DNA from: Desulfobacterales bacterium
Lineage (GTDB): Bacteria; Desulfobacterota; Desulfobacteria; Desulfobacterales; UBA2245
DNA: 64,000 nucleotides
Reading direction: 5' to 3'
Assembly (NCBI GenBank): GCA_040771865.1
Contig: JAXGZF010000004.1
Span: 186,001 to 250,000, forward strand
Part shown: positions 1 to 9,498 of the stretch, one piece after another
Numbering within the stretch: position 1 is the first letter of the stretch
Layout of the letters: each line of letters starts with the position of its first letter
Notes under the pieces: model-generated
What the model was told of the DNA's origin: nothing
The model's database searches: none
What the model saw: only the letters and a program-made list of their open reading frames with translations
Made by a program: the position numbers and the translations under genes

Positions 1-1
1 G

Positions 2-1102
2 GCCGGCGGGGTGGCCCATGATTTCAACAATCTGCTCGCCGTTATTCTGGGGTATGGAGAAATTCTTTTGGGGACCCTGGACAGGAACCATCCCCACTAT
101 AAACCGCTGGATCAGATCTGCCGGGCGGGTGCTCGGGCCAGGGACCTCACCCGGCAGCTGCTGGCATTCAGCCGTAAACAGATCCTTGAAATGAAGGTTG
201 TGAATATCAACCACGTGGTAACCAGCTTTGAAAAGATGCTGCACCGCATGATCGGAGAAGACATTCATCTGGTGCTGTCGCTTTCTTCAAATCCCCTTGC
301 GGTCAGAGCCGACGCCTCCCAGCTGGATCAGCTGCTGATGAACCTGGCGGTCAACGCGCGCGACGCCATGCCCGAGGGAGGGACGTTGACGATCGAGACC
401 GCTTCCGTTGAGCTGGACCGGACCTATACTGAAAAAAAGCCGGGCGTTTTGCCTGGCCGTTACGCCATGATATGCGTCAGCGATACCGGATGCGGCATGG
501 ATAAAAAAACGCTGGACCGCATTTTCGAGCCGTTTTTTACCACCAAGGACCAGGAGAAGGGTACCGGTCTGGGGCTGGCGACCTCCTATGGCATCGTCAA
601 ACAGCACGGAGGAAATATCTGGGTGTACAGCGAGCCGGGAGAAGGAACGGTATTCAAGATATATCTGCCGCTTTGCGCCGAAGAGGATGTGGCTGAAATT
701 CCGCCGGAAACGCATCAGCCGGCGGTCAGAGGTTCGGCTACGGTGCTGGTTGTGGAGGATGAGCCGTCCGTTCGAAATCTTGTTGGCGAGATACTGACGG
801 ATCATGGATACAAGACGATCGAATCAGGAGGCGCGTCGGAAGCCGTAGCCAAGGCCGCAGCTCAAAGCGATCCGATCCATCTGGTAATTACCGACGTGGT
901 CATGCCGGAAATGAAGGGGCCCGAGGCATTCGAAAAGATCCGCGAACACCATCCCGAGGCCAAAGTGCTTTATATGTCCGGTTACACGGACAACGTTGTT
1001 ACCTGCCAGGGCGTATTGAAAGAAAATATCGAGTTTATTCAGAAACCGTTTACGGTCAGGGGGCTGCTTGAAAAGTGCCACCAGGTGCTTCAGGGCAGGT
1101 GA
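2..1102 (+). CDS. Hybrid sensor histidine kinase (HisKA-HATPase-REC), 5'-truncated by the window edge
   Basis: H-box AGGVAHDFNNLL, N-box NLAVNARDAM, G-boxes DTGCG and GTGLGL, and a C-terminal receiver domain (VLVVEDE...DVVMP...KPF). The frame is open from position 2. Confidence 0.93.
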   Translation, partial: AGGVAHDFNNLLAVILGYGEILLGTLDRNHPHYKPLDQICRAGARARDLTRQLLAFSRKQILEMKVVNINHVVTSFEKMLHRMIGEDIHLVLSLSSNPLAVRADASQLDQLLMNLAVNARDAMPEGGTLTIETASVELDRTYTEKKPGVLPGRYAMICVSDTGCGMDKKTLDRIFEPFFTTKDQEKGTGLGLATSYGIVKQHGGNIWVYSEPGEGTVFKIYLPLCAEEDVAEIPPETHQPAVRGSATVLVVEDEPSVRNLVGEILTDHGYKTIESGGASEAVAKAAAQSDPIHLVITDVVMPEMKGPEAFEKIREHHPEAKVLYMSGYTDNVVTCQGVLKENIEFIQKPFTVRGLLEKCHQVLQGR

Positions 1103-1120
1103 AGAATGAATTCCGGCGGC

Positions 1121-3430
1121 TTACGACGCCGCCTTGACCGCCTGGGCGTCTGAAGCCTCTCCTGCCGCTGATGCCCGACGCTGACTGTTGGGCCGGAAGG
1201 TGTCACGGAAAGCGGTCAGCAGGTTGACGGCCTGATCGCATATCTTCTGTGAATTTCCGGAAAGCGCGTAGAAAAGGATGCTCAGACGGGTTTTGGACTG
1301 CTCGGTTTGAATGCGCTTAATCTGGTTCCGGTCGAATTTTTCGATCATTGCTTTCAGGGATTCGTTCTGGGCCAGAATGTCTTCAATCGCTTCATGATCT
1401 AGAGTGTTGCGTTTGACAAGCAGCACCTGAGAGGCGTTTTCCAGCAGTTTGTCAACGCACGCCTGGATCTGTTTCAGCTCTTCGATCTGAACCTCCAGAA
1501 GTCCTCTGTGCTGATTGGAATGGTGCAGGTAGGAGCGGAGAATGACGTCGCGAAGGCTTTCCGTAATTTCCTGAAGCGCGCCGATGGTCTGGGAATACTT
1601 GTGTGCGTGGTCCATGTCTTTTTTGTGGAGCAGGCGAAGGGTCTTGAATATGTTGGCCACAATGATGTTGGACCAGTCCTGAATCTTTTTGGTTTCCTTG
1701 CGGCAGGCTTTGAGCTGTTTGAGATTTTCGGAAAAAAGAGCATCACAGCAGGCGTTGAACTTTTCCCTGGCCACTTTCAGAAAATATCCGCTGTGCTCGA
1801 AAGAGGTATTGATAGCGAGGTTTGCATCGGTGACCTTTTTCAGGTTAAACACTTCGATCTGCCGGGCGTCGGTTTCCCGCTGACCGTGAAGTTGCAGGTT
1901 CCGCCATATGATATAAGCCACAAGGCCCAGCAGGGCGATCACGGCGTATGCCTCGAGGTAAGAGATGGCAAAGGCGAAGATCAGCGATACGGTAAACGCC
2001 ATCAGGGCCGTGAAGAACCATCCGCCGATCACCATCAGAACGCCGGTGACCCGGTATACCGCGCTTTCCCTGCCCCAGGCCTGGTCTGAAAAAGAGGTTC
2101 CCATGGAAACCATGAAGGTGACGTAGGTGGTGGAAAGCGGCAGCTTCATGGAGGTGGCGTAGGCCACCAGAGCGCTGGCGACAATGAGATTCACGGAAGC
2201 GCGGATCAGGTCGAAGGTTGGAGGCTCCCCATCGCCGGTCGAAGGGGGAGAACTGGTGACATCCAGACGGCGGGCGATTTTTCTTCGCAGCTTTTTGGGA
2301 ATGATTTTCAAAATGAGATCAAAAAGCATGGTCGCCATGCCCACGATGATCTGGGCAAGATGGGAGGACTCGAACCGTTCAACTCCTTCGGACTGTCTGA
2401 CCAGGCTCAATTCGGTTTTGGTGACGGTTCGCGCCTTTTTGGAAAACCACAAGGTGATGACCATGATGACGCCGGAGATGAGCAGGTAGATCGTATTGGA
2501 CTGGATCGGTCTTTGAAGCGCCTCCATGGAGGCGGTCAGCGGATTGCCCGTGGCAATGGCGGCCGTGTATCCGCTTAACCCGGCCAGGGGAACGCCGATG
2601 AAATTGACCAGATCGTTGGCGGCAAAAGACATGGCCAGGGCGAGAGTGCCAATCAGAATGATGGGTTTCAGGACATTGATTCGGGAAAAAAGCATCAGGA
2701 TCTGAAAAAGACAGGCAAATACGACGAAATTGACCGCCAGCAGAGTCCAGGTATGGGTATTGATCCAGGCGATCGTTTCCGGGGTAACAAAAGAAGCGCC
2801 TTTGGCCCCTTTGATCAGGATGAAATACCCGATGATTGAAAGGGAGATGCCCCCCCAGGCCGCTCCGTAACGCCTGAGGCGTTTTTGATAATCAAAGGTG
2901 AAAAGCAGGCGGGTGATAAACTGAATGATTGCGCCGGCGATGAAAGCGAGGGCCACGGAAAGCAGGATGCCGGATATGATCACAAGGGCCGTCCCCGTGT
3001 TGATATAGCGGGCCAGGTTGAGAAAGCTTACACCGCCGGTGTAAAGTTTGACGCAGGAAAGAGCGACGGAAGCGCCCAGAAGCCCGAAGACCACGGAGAC
3101 TGTCGTGGAGGTGGGAAGCCCGAAGGTGTTGAAAAGATCCAGCAGCAGGATGTTGGCGAGCATGACCGCCAGAAAGATCATCATCAGTTCAGGCATGGTG
3201 AAAAATTTGGGATGGAAGATCCCTTTCCGGGCGACTTCCATCATGCCGCTGGAAAAGGTGACCCCAAGAATAATGCCCACGCTGGCGACGATCATGATGA
3301 CGCGCCGGGGAGCGACTCTGGAACCGATCGAGGAATTCAAAAAATTGACCGCATCGTTGCTGACGCCGAAGATCAGGGCCACTACGGCTAAAACCATTAA
3401 GACGCCGACGGCAAAAATGTAAAGACCCAT
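1121..3430 (-). CDS. PiT-family inorganic phosphate transporter, long form with helical (PhoU-like) C-terminal domain
   Basis: Two PiT signature repeats (GVSNDAVN...PTSTT and AANDLVN...PLSTT), many transmembrane segments and a ~250 aa soluble C-terminus. Confidence 0.85.
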   Translation of the reverse strand: MGLYIFAVGVLMVLAVVALIFGVSNDAVNFLNSSIGSRVAPRRVIMIVASVGIILGVTFSSGMMEVARKGIFHPKFFTMPELMMIFLAVMLANILLLDLFNTFGLPTSTTVSVVFGLLGASVALSCVKLYTGGVSFLNLARYINTGTALVIISGILLSVALAFIAGAIIQFITRLLFTFDYQKRLRRYGAAWGGISLSIIGYFILIKGAKGASFVTPETIAWINTHTWTLLAVNFVVFACLFQILMLFSRINVLKPIILIGTLALAMSFAANDLVNFIGVPLAGLSGYTAAIATGNPLTASMEALQRPIQSNTIYLLISGVIMVITLWFSKKARTVTKTELSLVRQSEGVERFESSHLAQIIVGMATMLFDLILKIIPKKLRRKIARRLDVTSSPPSTGDGEPPTFDLIRASVNLIVASALVAYATSMKLPLSTTYVTFMVSMGTSFSDQAWGRESAVYRVTGVLMVIGGWFFTALMAFTVSLIFAFAISYLEAYAVIALLGLVAYIIWRNLQLHGQRETDARQIEVFNLKKVTDANLAINTSFEHSGYFLKVAREKFNACCDALFSENLKQLKACRKETKKIQDWSNIIVANIFKTLRLLHKKDMDHAHKYSQTIGALQEITESLRDVILRSYLHHSNQHRGLLEVQIEELKQIQACVDKLLENASQVLLVKRNTLDHEAIEDILAQNESLKAMIEKFDRNQIKRIQTEQSKTRLSILFYALSGNSQKICDQAVNLLTAFRDTFRPNSQRRASAAGEASDAQAVKAAS

Positions 3431-3673
3431 TGAAGTTCGTCCTCTATGATGGGATTTTTGATTTTTTTATGGTGCTTTTTATGCTGGATGCCATGGCGGG
3501 TCAAGAATTTTATGAAATCATATTTCCGGCATTCTGTTTGAACCGGTTTGAGGCATGTCGAAGAATTGGCTCATATCAACAAAGGATGTCGATCCGCGCA
3601 TTCATGCCGGCGAAGCTACGGTGATCTGCAAACCGATTCGGAAAAAGGGCGTTGATTCACTTCTTTCTGAGTT

Positions 3674-4390
3674 TCATCGATTTTTCAGGGCGTTTCGGAA
3701 AAAATTGTTGGCCTGTTCCACATACACATCCCTGGGCATCAGTTCCCGCCCGATGGTTTTAAGCAAACCCGCGGGGACCCTGCCTTCTTCGATCATTTGC
3801 CGTCCGGCTTTGTGCGCGGCTCTGAAAATATCCGAAACCGGCAGGCCCATTTCCATCATCGGCTTCAGGGCCGGACCGTGGGGGCGGAGCAGTGCGCCAG
3901 CATACCGCATGCCGGCGTTTTTGCATACCGCCTTGATGTGGGCCAGCAGGGGGCTGAAGTTGTCCATTTCCCAGAAACCGCAGCTGGCCACCAGAACCAG
4001 CCGGCCGCTCTTGGTTCCCGGACGACCGGGATGGCGGCAGTGGCCGCGCCGTATTTCGATCAACGGCTCACTCAGGGGAATCGTCCGGTCCAGAAGATTT
4101 TTCAGAGGACCGGTGAGGCCGTCCACATAAACCGGAGTGGCCAGCACCTGTATATCCGCCTCGGCGATTTTGGGAAGCAGCCAGGCCATGTCGTCCTTTT
4201 GGATGCACTGCCCCGGCGTTTTCAGCCAGCAGTTGAATTCTCCCAGGCAGGGGTTGACGGTCAGCCGGCGGGTAAAGAAAACTTCCACGTCGGCGCCGGC
4301 TTCTCGCATGCCGTCCAGAAAAGGGTTCAGTATCAGGGCGGTGTTGCCCGAGTCCATGCTTGGACTGCCGTTGATGGCCAGAACCTTCAT
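3674..4390 (-). CDS. Flavodoxin-like iron-sulfur flavoprotein / NAD(P)H-dependent FMN reductase
   Basis: VLAINGSP...GNT, Cys cluster PCLGEFNCW...GQC, ATPVY and LKNLLDR motifs; GGAGG RBS. Confidence 0.88.
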   Translation of the reverse strand: MKVLAINGSPSMDSGNTALILNPFLDGMREAGADVEVFFTRRLTVNPCLGEFNCWLKTPGQCIQKDDMAWLLPKIAEADIQVLATPVYVDGLTGPLKNLLDRTIPLSEPLIEIRRGHCRHPGRPGTKSGRLVLVASCGFWEMDNFSPLLAHIKAVCKNAGMRYAGALLRPHGPALKPMMEMGLPVSDIFRAAHKAGRQMIEEGRVPAGLLKTIGRELMPRDVYVEQANNFFRNALKNR

Positions 4391-4758
4391 ATGTTACCTC
4401 CGTTCTTTCGTGCGGGTTGGTTTGCAATACCGTTCAGGTCTGTTGCGGTTTTTCGGAAAGTGCTCGATTCATGGGGGAAATATGTTCGCCGCGCCAGGAT
4501 GCCTGCCTCGTATTATTCCGAAAAATGGTGAATTCCTTTTTTACTTGTCTTAATTTATCATGCTTTACAAGCGTTGCATAATTTTTTCGGGCTCTAATAA
4601 TTGCTTGACTTGGGTTTAAAAGAGCGTATAGATGGCGCAGAATCTTAATGGTTCGTTTGTGTTTGCGAGCCGGTTCATTCTGAAGGAAAGACCCATTTGT
4701 CACAAGTGGCGGCCGGAAGTAAAGAACCGAGAAAATTTATGGAAAGGAGGACGTCACA

Positions 4759-4959
4759 ATGGCGAATGGAATCGTAAAATGGTTCAGCGACAAAAAGGGC
4801 TTCGGTTTCATTGAACAGGAAGGCGGAGCGGATGTTTTCGTTCATCATTCCGGCATCAATGCAACCGGATTCAAAACGCTTCATGAAGGCGACCGGGTTA
4901 CTTTCGACATCATGCAGGGCAAAAAAGGTCCGGCGGCTGTCAACGTAACGGTGGTCTAA
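4759..4959 (+). CDS. csp: Cold-shock protein (CspA family)
   Basis: RNP1 KGFGFI and RNP2 VFVHH; 66 aa; AAGGAGG RBS. Confidence 0.97.
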   Translation: MANGIVKWFSDKKGFGFIEQEGGADVFVHHSGINATGFKTLHEGDRVTFDIMQGKKGPAAVNVTVV

Positions 4960-4993
4960 CGGCCTGCAAAGCTGTTTGAATACCGAAATTTAC

Positions 4994-5026
4994 AAGGGCA
5001 TTTCCCGACCGGGAGATGCCCTTTTT
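4994..5026 (+). terminator. Intrinsic terminator after csp
   Basis: AAGGGCATTTCCC-GACC-GGGAGATGCCCTT stem followed by a T run. Confidence 0.8.
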
Positions 5027-5053
5027 GCATTGCGGGGCCCGCTGGCGTCCGGT

Positions 5054-5908
5054 TCACCGAAGATGCGCCTGGGTCCTCAGCCGGCGGGTGATTCGAGTGA
5101 TGACCTCTTCCGCACTGGATTCAACCGGTTTGTTGGTTACGTCAATAACGGTAAAGCGGTGGCGTTTGAAAAGGTCGTACGAGAATTCCAATTCTCTGGT
5201 GATCTCCATTCGCGAGCAATAAGCGCATGAGCTTGCAATGCCCAGCCGCGTCTGCCGGATTTTGCGATGGGCTATCAGCTGTTCTTCGCTGATGATCAAC
5301 CCGAACACGCGCCGGGGATCCATGGCGGCTACTTCTCCGGACAGCGGGGCGTCTCCTACGATCGGGACGTTGGCCACCTTCCATCCCAGAACTGAAAGGT
5401 AAATGCTCAGCGGAGTTTTCCCCACCCTGGAAACACCCACAAGCACTATTTCGGATTGATCCAGAGTTTTGGGGTTCATGCCGTCGTCGTGAAGCATGGA
5501 AAATTCAATGGCCGCGATCCGGTCAAGATCCACCTGGTGAAATTTTCGGTAGCGGCCGGGTTCACCGACCGGCGCCCTTCCGAGAATATCGGAAAGATTC
5601 AGAAGAAGCGGCCCCATCAGGTCGATTGCGGTAACGCCCCGTGCCGTGCATAATTCGGCGGTTGATTTTCGAAGCTCCGGATCCACCAGGGTGTGGACAA
5701 TGATTCCGCCGGTGCGGCCCGCTTCTTCAATAACGTCTTCGAGCTGTTCTATGTGACGAACATGGGGCACCTTGATTATAACGGCTTTGGAGTTCGGAAA
5801 CTGAACCAGGGCGGATTGGACCAGCAGCTCTCCGTTGATCCCCTCCCCGCAGGAAACAATATAAACCGGACGGATATCGACCTCTTGGGCATAAGATGTT
5901 TGCAACAT
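5054..5908 (-). CDS. Pyruvate/PEP dikinase regulatory protein (kinase/pyrophosphorylase, DUF299)
   Basis: HDDG, GVSRVGKTPLS, KVANVP and DVTNKPVE motifs. Start set at ATG 5908, which has an AAGGGAG RBS; the longer ORF runs into the tRNA. Confidence 0.88.
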   Translation of the reverse strand: MLQTSYAQEVDIRPVYIVSCGEGINGELLVQSALVQFPNSKAVIIKVPHVRHIEQLEDVIEEAGRTGGIIVHTLVDPELRKSTAELCTARGVTAIDLMGPLLLNLSDILGRAPVGEPGRYRKFHQVDLDRIAAIEFSMLHDDGMNPKTLDQSEIVLVGVSRVGKTPLSIYLSVLGWKVANVPIVGDAPLSGEVAAMDPRRVFGLIISEEQLIAHRKIRQTRLGIASSCAYCSRMEITRELEFSYDLFKRHRFTVIDVTNKPVESSAEEVITRITRRLRTQAHLR

Positions 5909-5986
5909 TTGATCTCCCTTTTTATGGCGGCAATAATGCCTTTCCATACTCCGATTCTTCGTCCGGTTCAAGCGCAGGAACAATTT

Positions 5987-6043
5987 CAAAATCCGCGATT
6001 GTTTTTGAGCCGGGTGCTTTTTCGAGTTGTACTGGCTGAAAAA
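5987..6043 (-). repeat. Partial copy (3' core) of dispersed element X
   Basis: Reverse complement TTTTTCAGCCAGTACAACTCGAAAAAGCACCCGGCTCAAAAACAATCGCGGAT matches 29857-29909 and 21800-21851. Confidence 0.85.
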
Positions 6044-6080
6044 TTGACCTGTGAGATTGAGGATTTGATGATAGTTTGAG

Positions 6081-6111
6081 AAAAAAAGGCGGCAGGGAGA
6101 ACCTGCCGCCT
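6081..6111 (-). terminator. Intrinsic terminator after tRNA-Asn
   Basis: GGCGGCAGG/CCTGCCGCC stem with a T7 run on the minus strand. Confidence 0.85.
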
Positions 6112-6119
6112 GTAATTTT

Positions 6120-6195
6120 TGGCTCCCCAGCACGGACTCGAACCGCGGACCCAGTGGTTAACAGCCACTTGCTCTGCCGACTGAGCTACTGGGGA
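6120..6195 (-). tRNA. tRNA-Asn (GTT)
   Basis: 76-nt cloverleaf TCCCCAGTAGCTCAG...CT-GTT-AA...GGTTCGAGTCC...GGGGAGCCA with encoded CCA. Confidence 0.98.
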
Positions 6196-6247
6196 AAAAA
6201 TATGCAAGCTTTCTAATAAAGAATGCCTGTCAAGTCAAGCGAAAACT

Positions 6248-8029
6248 TCATTGTTTTCGAATCCTCAGGGAAAGCTCCTCCAGCTGGGCCGGGCTGACGT
6301 CCGCCGGGGCGTTGGTCAGCAGACAGGCCGCCTTCTGGGTCTTGGGAAAGGCGATGATGTCCCGAATCGAGTTCTGCCCGGCCAGAATCATCACCAGGCG
6401 GTCAAATCCGAAGGCGATTCCGCCGTGCGGCGGGGCGCCGGAATCCAGAGCCGAAAGCAGGAATCCGAATTTTTCCTCGTAGGTTTCCGGGCTCATTCCG
6501 AGCGCCGCAAAGAGCTTTTCCTGAACTTCCCGCTGGTGAACTCGAATGCTGCCGCCGCCGATCTCGGAGCCGTTGAGCACCATGTCGTAGGCCCTGGAGC
6601 GGACGTTCAGCGGATCGGTTTCGAGCTTGCCGTAGTCTTCCTCCAGAGGGGCGGTAAAGGGGTGGTGCAGGGCCTGAAACCGTTTTTCCTCCTCGTCGTA
6701 TTCCATCAGCGGGAAATGAGTGACCCAGAGAAAATTATAGGCGCTGTGATCGATCAGGCCCAGCTTTTCACCCAGGAAATTTCGCAGATGTCCAAGGGCC
6801 TCGTTGGCGATTCTGGGCTGGTCGGCCACGAAAAACACCAGGTCGCCGGGCGCCATGTCCAGCCTTTCGGCCAGGGCCTGTTTTTCCGCATCGGAAAAAT
6901 ACTTGGCGATCGGAGACTGCCAGGAATCCGCGTGCACCTTGATCCAGGCAAGTCCCCTGGCCTTGTAGATCGTGACGAATGCGGCCATGTCGTCGATCTC
7001 CTTGCGGGACAGATCGATGCAGCCCTTGGCGTTCAACGCCTTGACAATGCCGCCTTTTTTCACCACGTCGGCAAAAACCTTGAACCCCGAATCCTTGACG
7101 ATATCGGATATTTCCTTGAGTTCCAGACCGAACCGGGTGTCGGGTTTGTCCAAGCCGTATCGGGCCATGGCCTGTTCATAGGTGAGTTCCGGAAAAGGCA
7201 CGGGAAGACTTTTCCCCAGAACTTGGCTGAAAATCGTCTGCACCAGCCGTTCGGCGATGCGCATGACGTCCTGCTCGCCGACAAAGGACATTTCCATGTC
7301 GATCTGGGTGAACTCGGGCTGGCGGTCCGCGCGCAGGTCTTCGTCGCGGAAGCAGCGGGCGATCTGAAAGTACCGGTCGAAGCCGGAGATCATCAGCAGC
7401 TGCTTGAAAAGCTGGGGCGACTGGGGCAGGGCGTAAAACTGGCCCGGATTGACCCGGCTGGGCACCAGATAGTCCCGGGCGCCTTCCGGCGTGCTGCGGG
7501 TGAGAAACGGGGTTTCGATCTCGAGAAAACCGTTTTCATCCAGAAATCTGCGGGAAGCGGCGGCGATTTTGTGCCGGAGAATGATGTTTTTTTGAAGCGT
7601 GGGCCGTCGAAGATCCAGATGCCGGTATTTGAGCCGGATCGACTCGGAAACCTCGATGTTGTCCTCTATCTGAAAAATCGGGGTCTGGGCCTGATTGAGA
7701 ATTCGAAGCTCATCGGCCATCACCTCGATCTCGCCGGTTTTCAGATTCGGATTGGCCATGCCTTCGAGACGTTTGACGACCCTGCCGCGCACGCCGATGA
7801 CGAATTCGTTTCGAATGACCTGGGCCTTGTCGTGCACGGCGGCATTGACCTCCGGATTGAAAACCACCTGTGTAATGCCCTCCCGGTCGCGCAGGTCCAC
7901 AAATATAACGCCGCCGTGATCTCTGCGGCGCTGCACCCAGCCCATCAGCACCACTTCGCTGCCCGCGTCGCCGGCGCCCAACTGACAGCAGGAGTGGGTC
8001 CGTCTCATTTCACCAAGTATGTCAGCCAA
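6248..8029 (-). CDS. aspS: Aspartate-tRNA ligase (probably non-discriminating)
   Basis: RTHSC, RRRDHGG, ALPQSPQLFKQ, CFRDEDLRADRQPEFTQ and PPHGGIAFG motifs; TTG start. Confidence 0.97.
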   Translation of the reverse strand: MADILGEMRRTHSCCQLGAGDAGSEVVLMGWVQRRRDHGGVIFVDLRDREGITQVVFNPEVNAAVHDKAQVIRNEFVIGVRGRVVKRLEGMANPNLKTGEIEVMADELRILNQAQTPIFQIEDNIEVSESIRLKYRHLDLRRPTLQKNIILRHKIAAASRRFLDENGFLEIETPFLTRSTPEGARDYLVPSRVNPGQFYALPQSPQLFKQLLMISGFDRYFQIARCFRDEDLRADRQPEFTQIDMEMSFVGEQDVMRIAERLVQTIFSQVLGKSLPVPFPELTYEQAMARYGLDKPDTRFGLELKEISDIVKDSGFKVFADVVKKGGIVKALNAKGCIDLSRKEIDDMAAFVTIYKARGLAWIKVHADSWQSPIAKYFSDAEKQALAERLDMAPGDLVFFVADQPRIANEALGHLRNFLGEKLGLIDHSAYNFLWVTHFPLMEYDEEEKRFQALHHPFTAPLEEDYGKLETDPLNVRSRAYDMVLNGSEIGGGSIRVHQREVQEKLFAALGMSPETYEEKFGFLLSALDSGAPPHGGIAFGFDRLVMILAGQNSIRDIIAFPKTQKAACLLTNAPADVSPAQLEELSLRIRKQ

Positions 8030-8051
8030 TGGTTGGACTCCTTTTTCCCTT

Positions 8052-9311
8052 TTATCGTACGATAATCATTGATTTAAGATTTTCAGGCAACCGCGACAGA
8101 GGAACCGGTTCCTGGCCGTGGGTGGTCATATTGCGAAGCACCGCGGCATTCTGAGCGATTTCCTGCTCGCCGACAATCAGCACATACCCTGCGCCGCTTT
8201 TATCCGCCCGCTTCATCTGGCTTTTCAGGCTTCGGTCGGAAAAATCCATCTCCGCGCGAATGCCGTCCGCGGCCAGATCGCAGACCCACCGGGCCGCCAT
8301 TTCCTGGGCTTCGGGTCCGAGCGCGGCGATGAAAACATGGGGGGTTCGAACAAAATCCGCAGCCTGAAGGGGAACGACCTCGACCAGGCGGTCAAATCCC
8401 ACGGCAAAACCGATGGCCGGCTGATCCGGCCCTCCCAGCGCCTTTACAAGCCCATCGTATCTTCCGCCGCCGGCAACGGCGTTCTGAGCGCCCAGCAGGG
8501 CGGTCTGAATCTCAAAGGTCGTGCGCGTGTAATAATCCAGGCCCCGCACCAGTCTCTTGTCAATCACGTAATTAACGCCAAGATCCTGAAGACTTTTCTG
8601 AACCGCCTGAAAATGGGACCGGCAATCAGCGCAGAGATGATCGACGATGGAAGGAGCGTCGGCCATGGCCTGACGGCAGCCCTCGGCCTTGCAGTCCAGA
8701 ACGCGGAGAGGATTGGCGCGACTTCGGCGCTTGCAGTCCGGGCAAAGCGAATCGGTTTTGGATTCAAGCAGATTCAGCAGGCTCTGCTTGAACCCGGGGC
8801 GGCACTGCGGGCAGCCCAGAGAATTGATATGGGCGCGGATGTCCGTCACCTTGAGCCGGGAAAACAGGGTGCTCAGCATAAAGACGACCTGGGCGTCGAT
8901 CAGCGGGGAATCCACTCCGAACACCTCGGCGTCGATCTGGTAGAACTGACGGTAGCGTCCCTTCTGGGGCCTTTCCCTGCGGAACATCGGGCCGATGGTG
9001 TACAGCTTCTGAACCGGTTCGGTGTTGTACAGTTTGTGCTCGATGTAGGCCCGCACGATCGAAGCCGTGGCTTCGGGCCGCAGCGTGAGAAGTTCCTCGT
9101 TGCGGTCGGCAAAGGTGTACATTTCTTTTTCAACGATGTCGGTTTCCTCCCCGATGCTTCGTGCAAAAAGCTCGGTGCGCTCCATGAGCGGAACGCGAAT
9201 CTGCCTGAACCCGAAATCCTCGAAAAGATCTGACGCGGTGTTTTCGATGTGCTGCCAGAGCTCAGCCTCGCCGGGAAGTATGTCTTTAAATCCTCTGATT
9301 TTTGTAATCAT
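8052..9311 (-). CDS. hisS: Histidine-tRNA ligase
   Basis: LRPEAT, FRRERPQKGRYRQF, LVRGLDYY and GGRYDGL motifs. Confidence 0.98.
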   Translation of the reverse strand: MITKIRGFKDILPGEAELWQHIENTASDLFEDFGFRQIRVPLMERTELFARSIGEETDIVEKEMYTFADRNEELLTLRPEATASIVRAYIEHKLYNTEPVQKLYTIGPMFRRERPQKGRYRQFYQIDAEVFGVDSPLIDAQVVFMLSTLFSRLKVTDIRAHINSLGCPQCRPGFKQSLLNLLESKTDSLCPDCKRRSRANPLRVLDCKAEGCRQAMADAPSIVDHLCADCRSHFQAVQKSLQDLGVNYVIDKRLVRGLDYYTRTTFEIQTALLGAQNAVAGGGRYDGLVKALGGPDQPAIGFAVGFDRLVEVVPLQAADFVRTPHVFIAALGPEAQEMAARWVCDLAADGIRAEMDFSDRSLKSQMKRADKSGAGYVLIVGEQEIAQNAAVLRNMTTHGQEPVPLSRLPENLKSMIIVR

Positions 9312-9442
9312 TGAAAAGCCGGTCTCTCTAATAACACCGGCGGATTGACCGCAACCGCCGGACCGCGTTGTTTGAGGTTTTTTGGAATTTTAGCAGATTA
9401 TACGCCGGAAATTGTCAAGTCAATAATAATGTGTCCGCCGTC

Positions 9443-9477
9443 AAAAAAAAGCCGGGCCTCGAAAGGCCCGGCTTTTT
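9443..9477. terminator. Bidirectional intrinsic terminator after the CoA-transferase operon
   Basis: A8-GCCGGGCCT-CGAA-AGGCCCGGC-T5. Confidence 0.88.
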
Positions 9478-9498
9478 AACAGGGTGATGACGAAAAAA

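Noticed and set aside
3440..3520. Pho box upstream of the PiT transporter
   Set aside because: The A-rich repeats lack consistent GTCA cores at 11-bp spacing.
6010..6030. GGTGCTTTTT resembling a tracrRNA 3' end
   Set aside because: No cas genes, array or anti-repeat in the window; the match is short.
5909..6133. N-terminal 75-aa extension of the DUF299 ORF
   Set aside because: It overlaps the tRNA, terminator and repeat, and a good RBS precedes ATG 5908.
6251..8065. 604-aa ORF antisense to aspS (likewise 8118-9233, 48339-49535, 59672-61444 and similar)
   Set aside because: These are shadow ORFs opposite well-supported genes, explained by codon bias, with no recognisable motifs.
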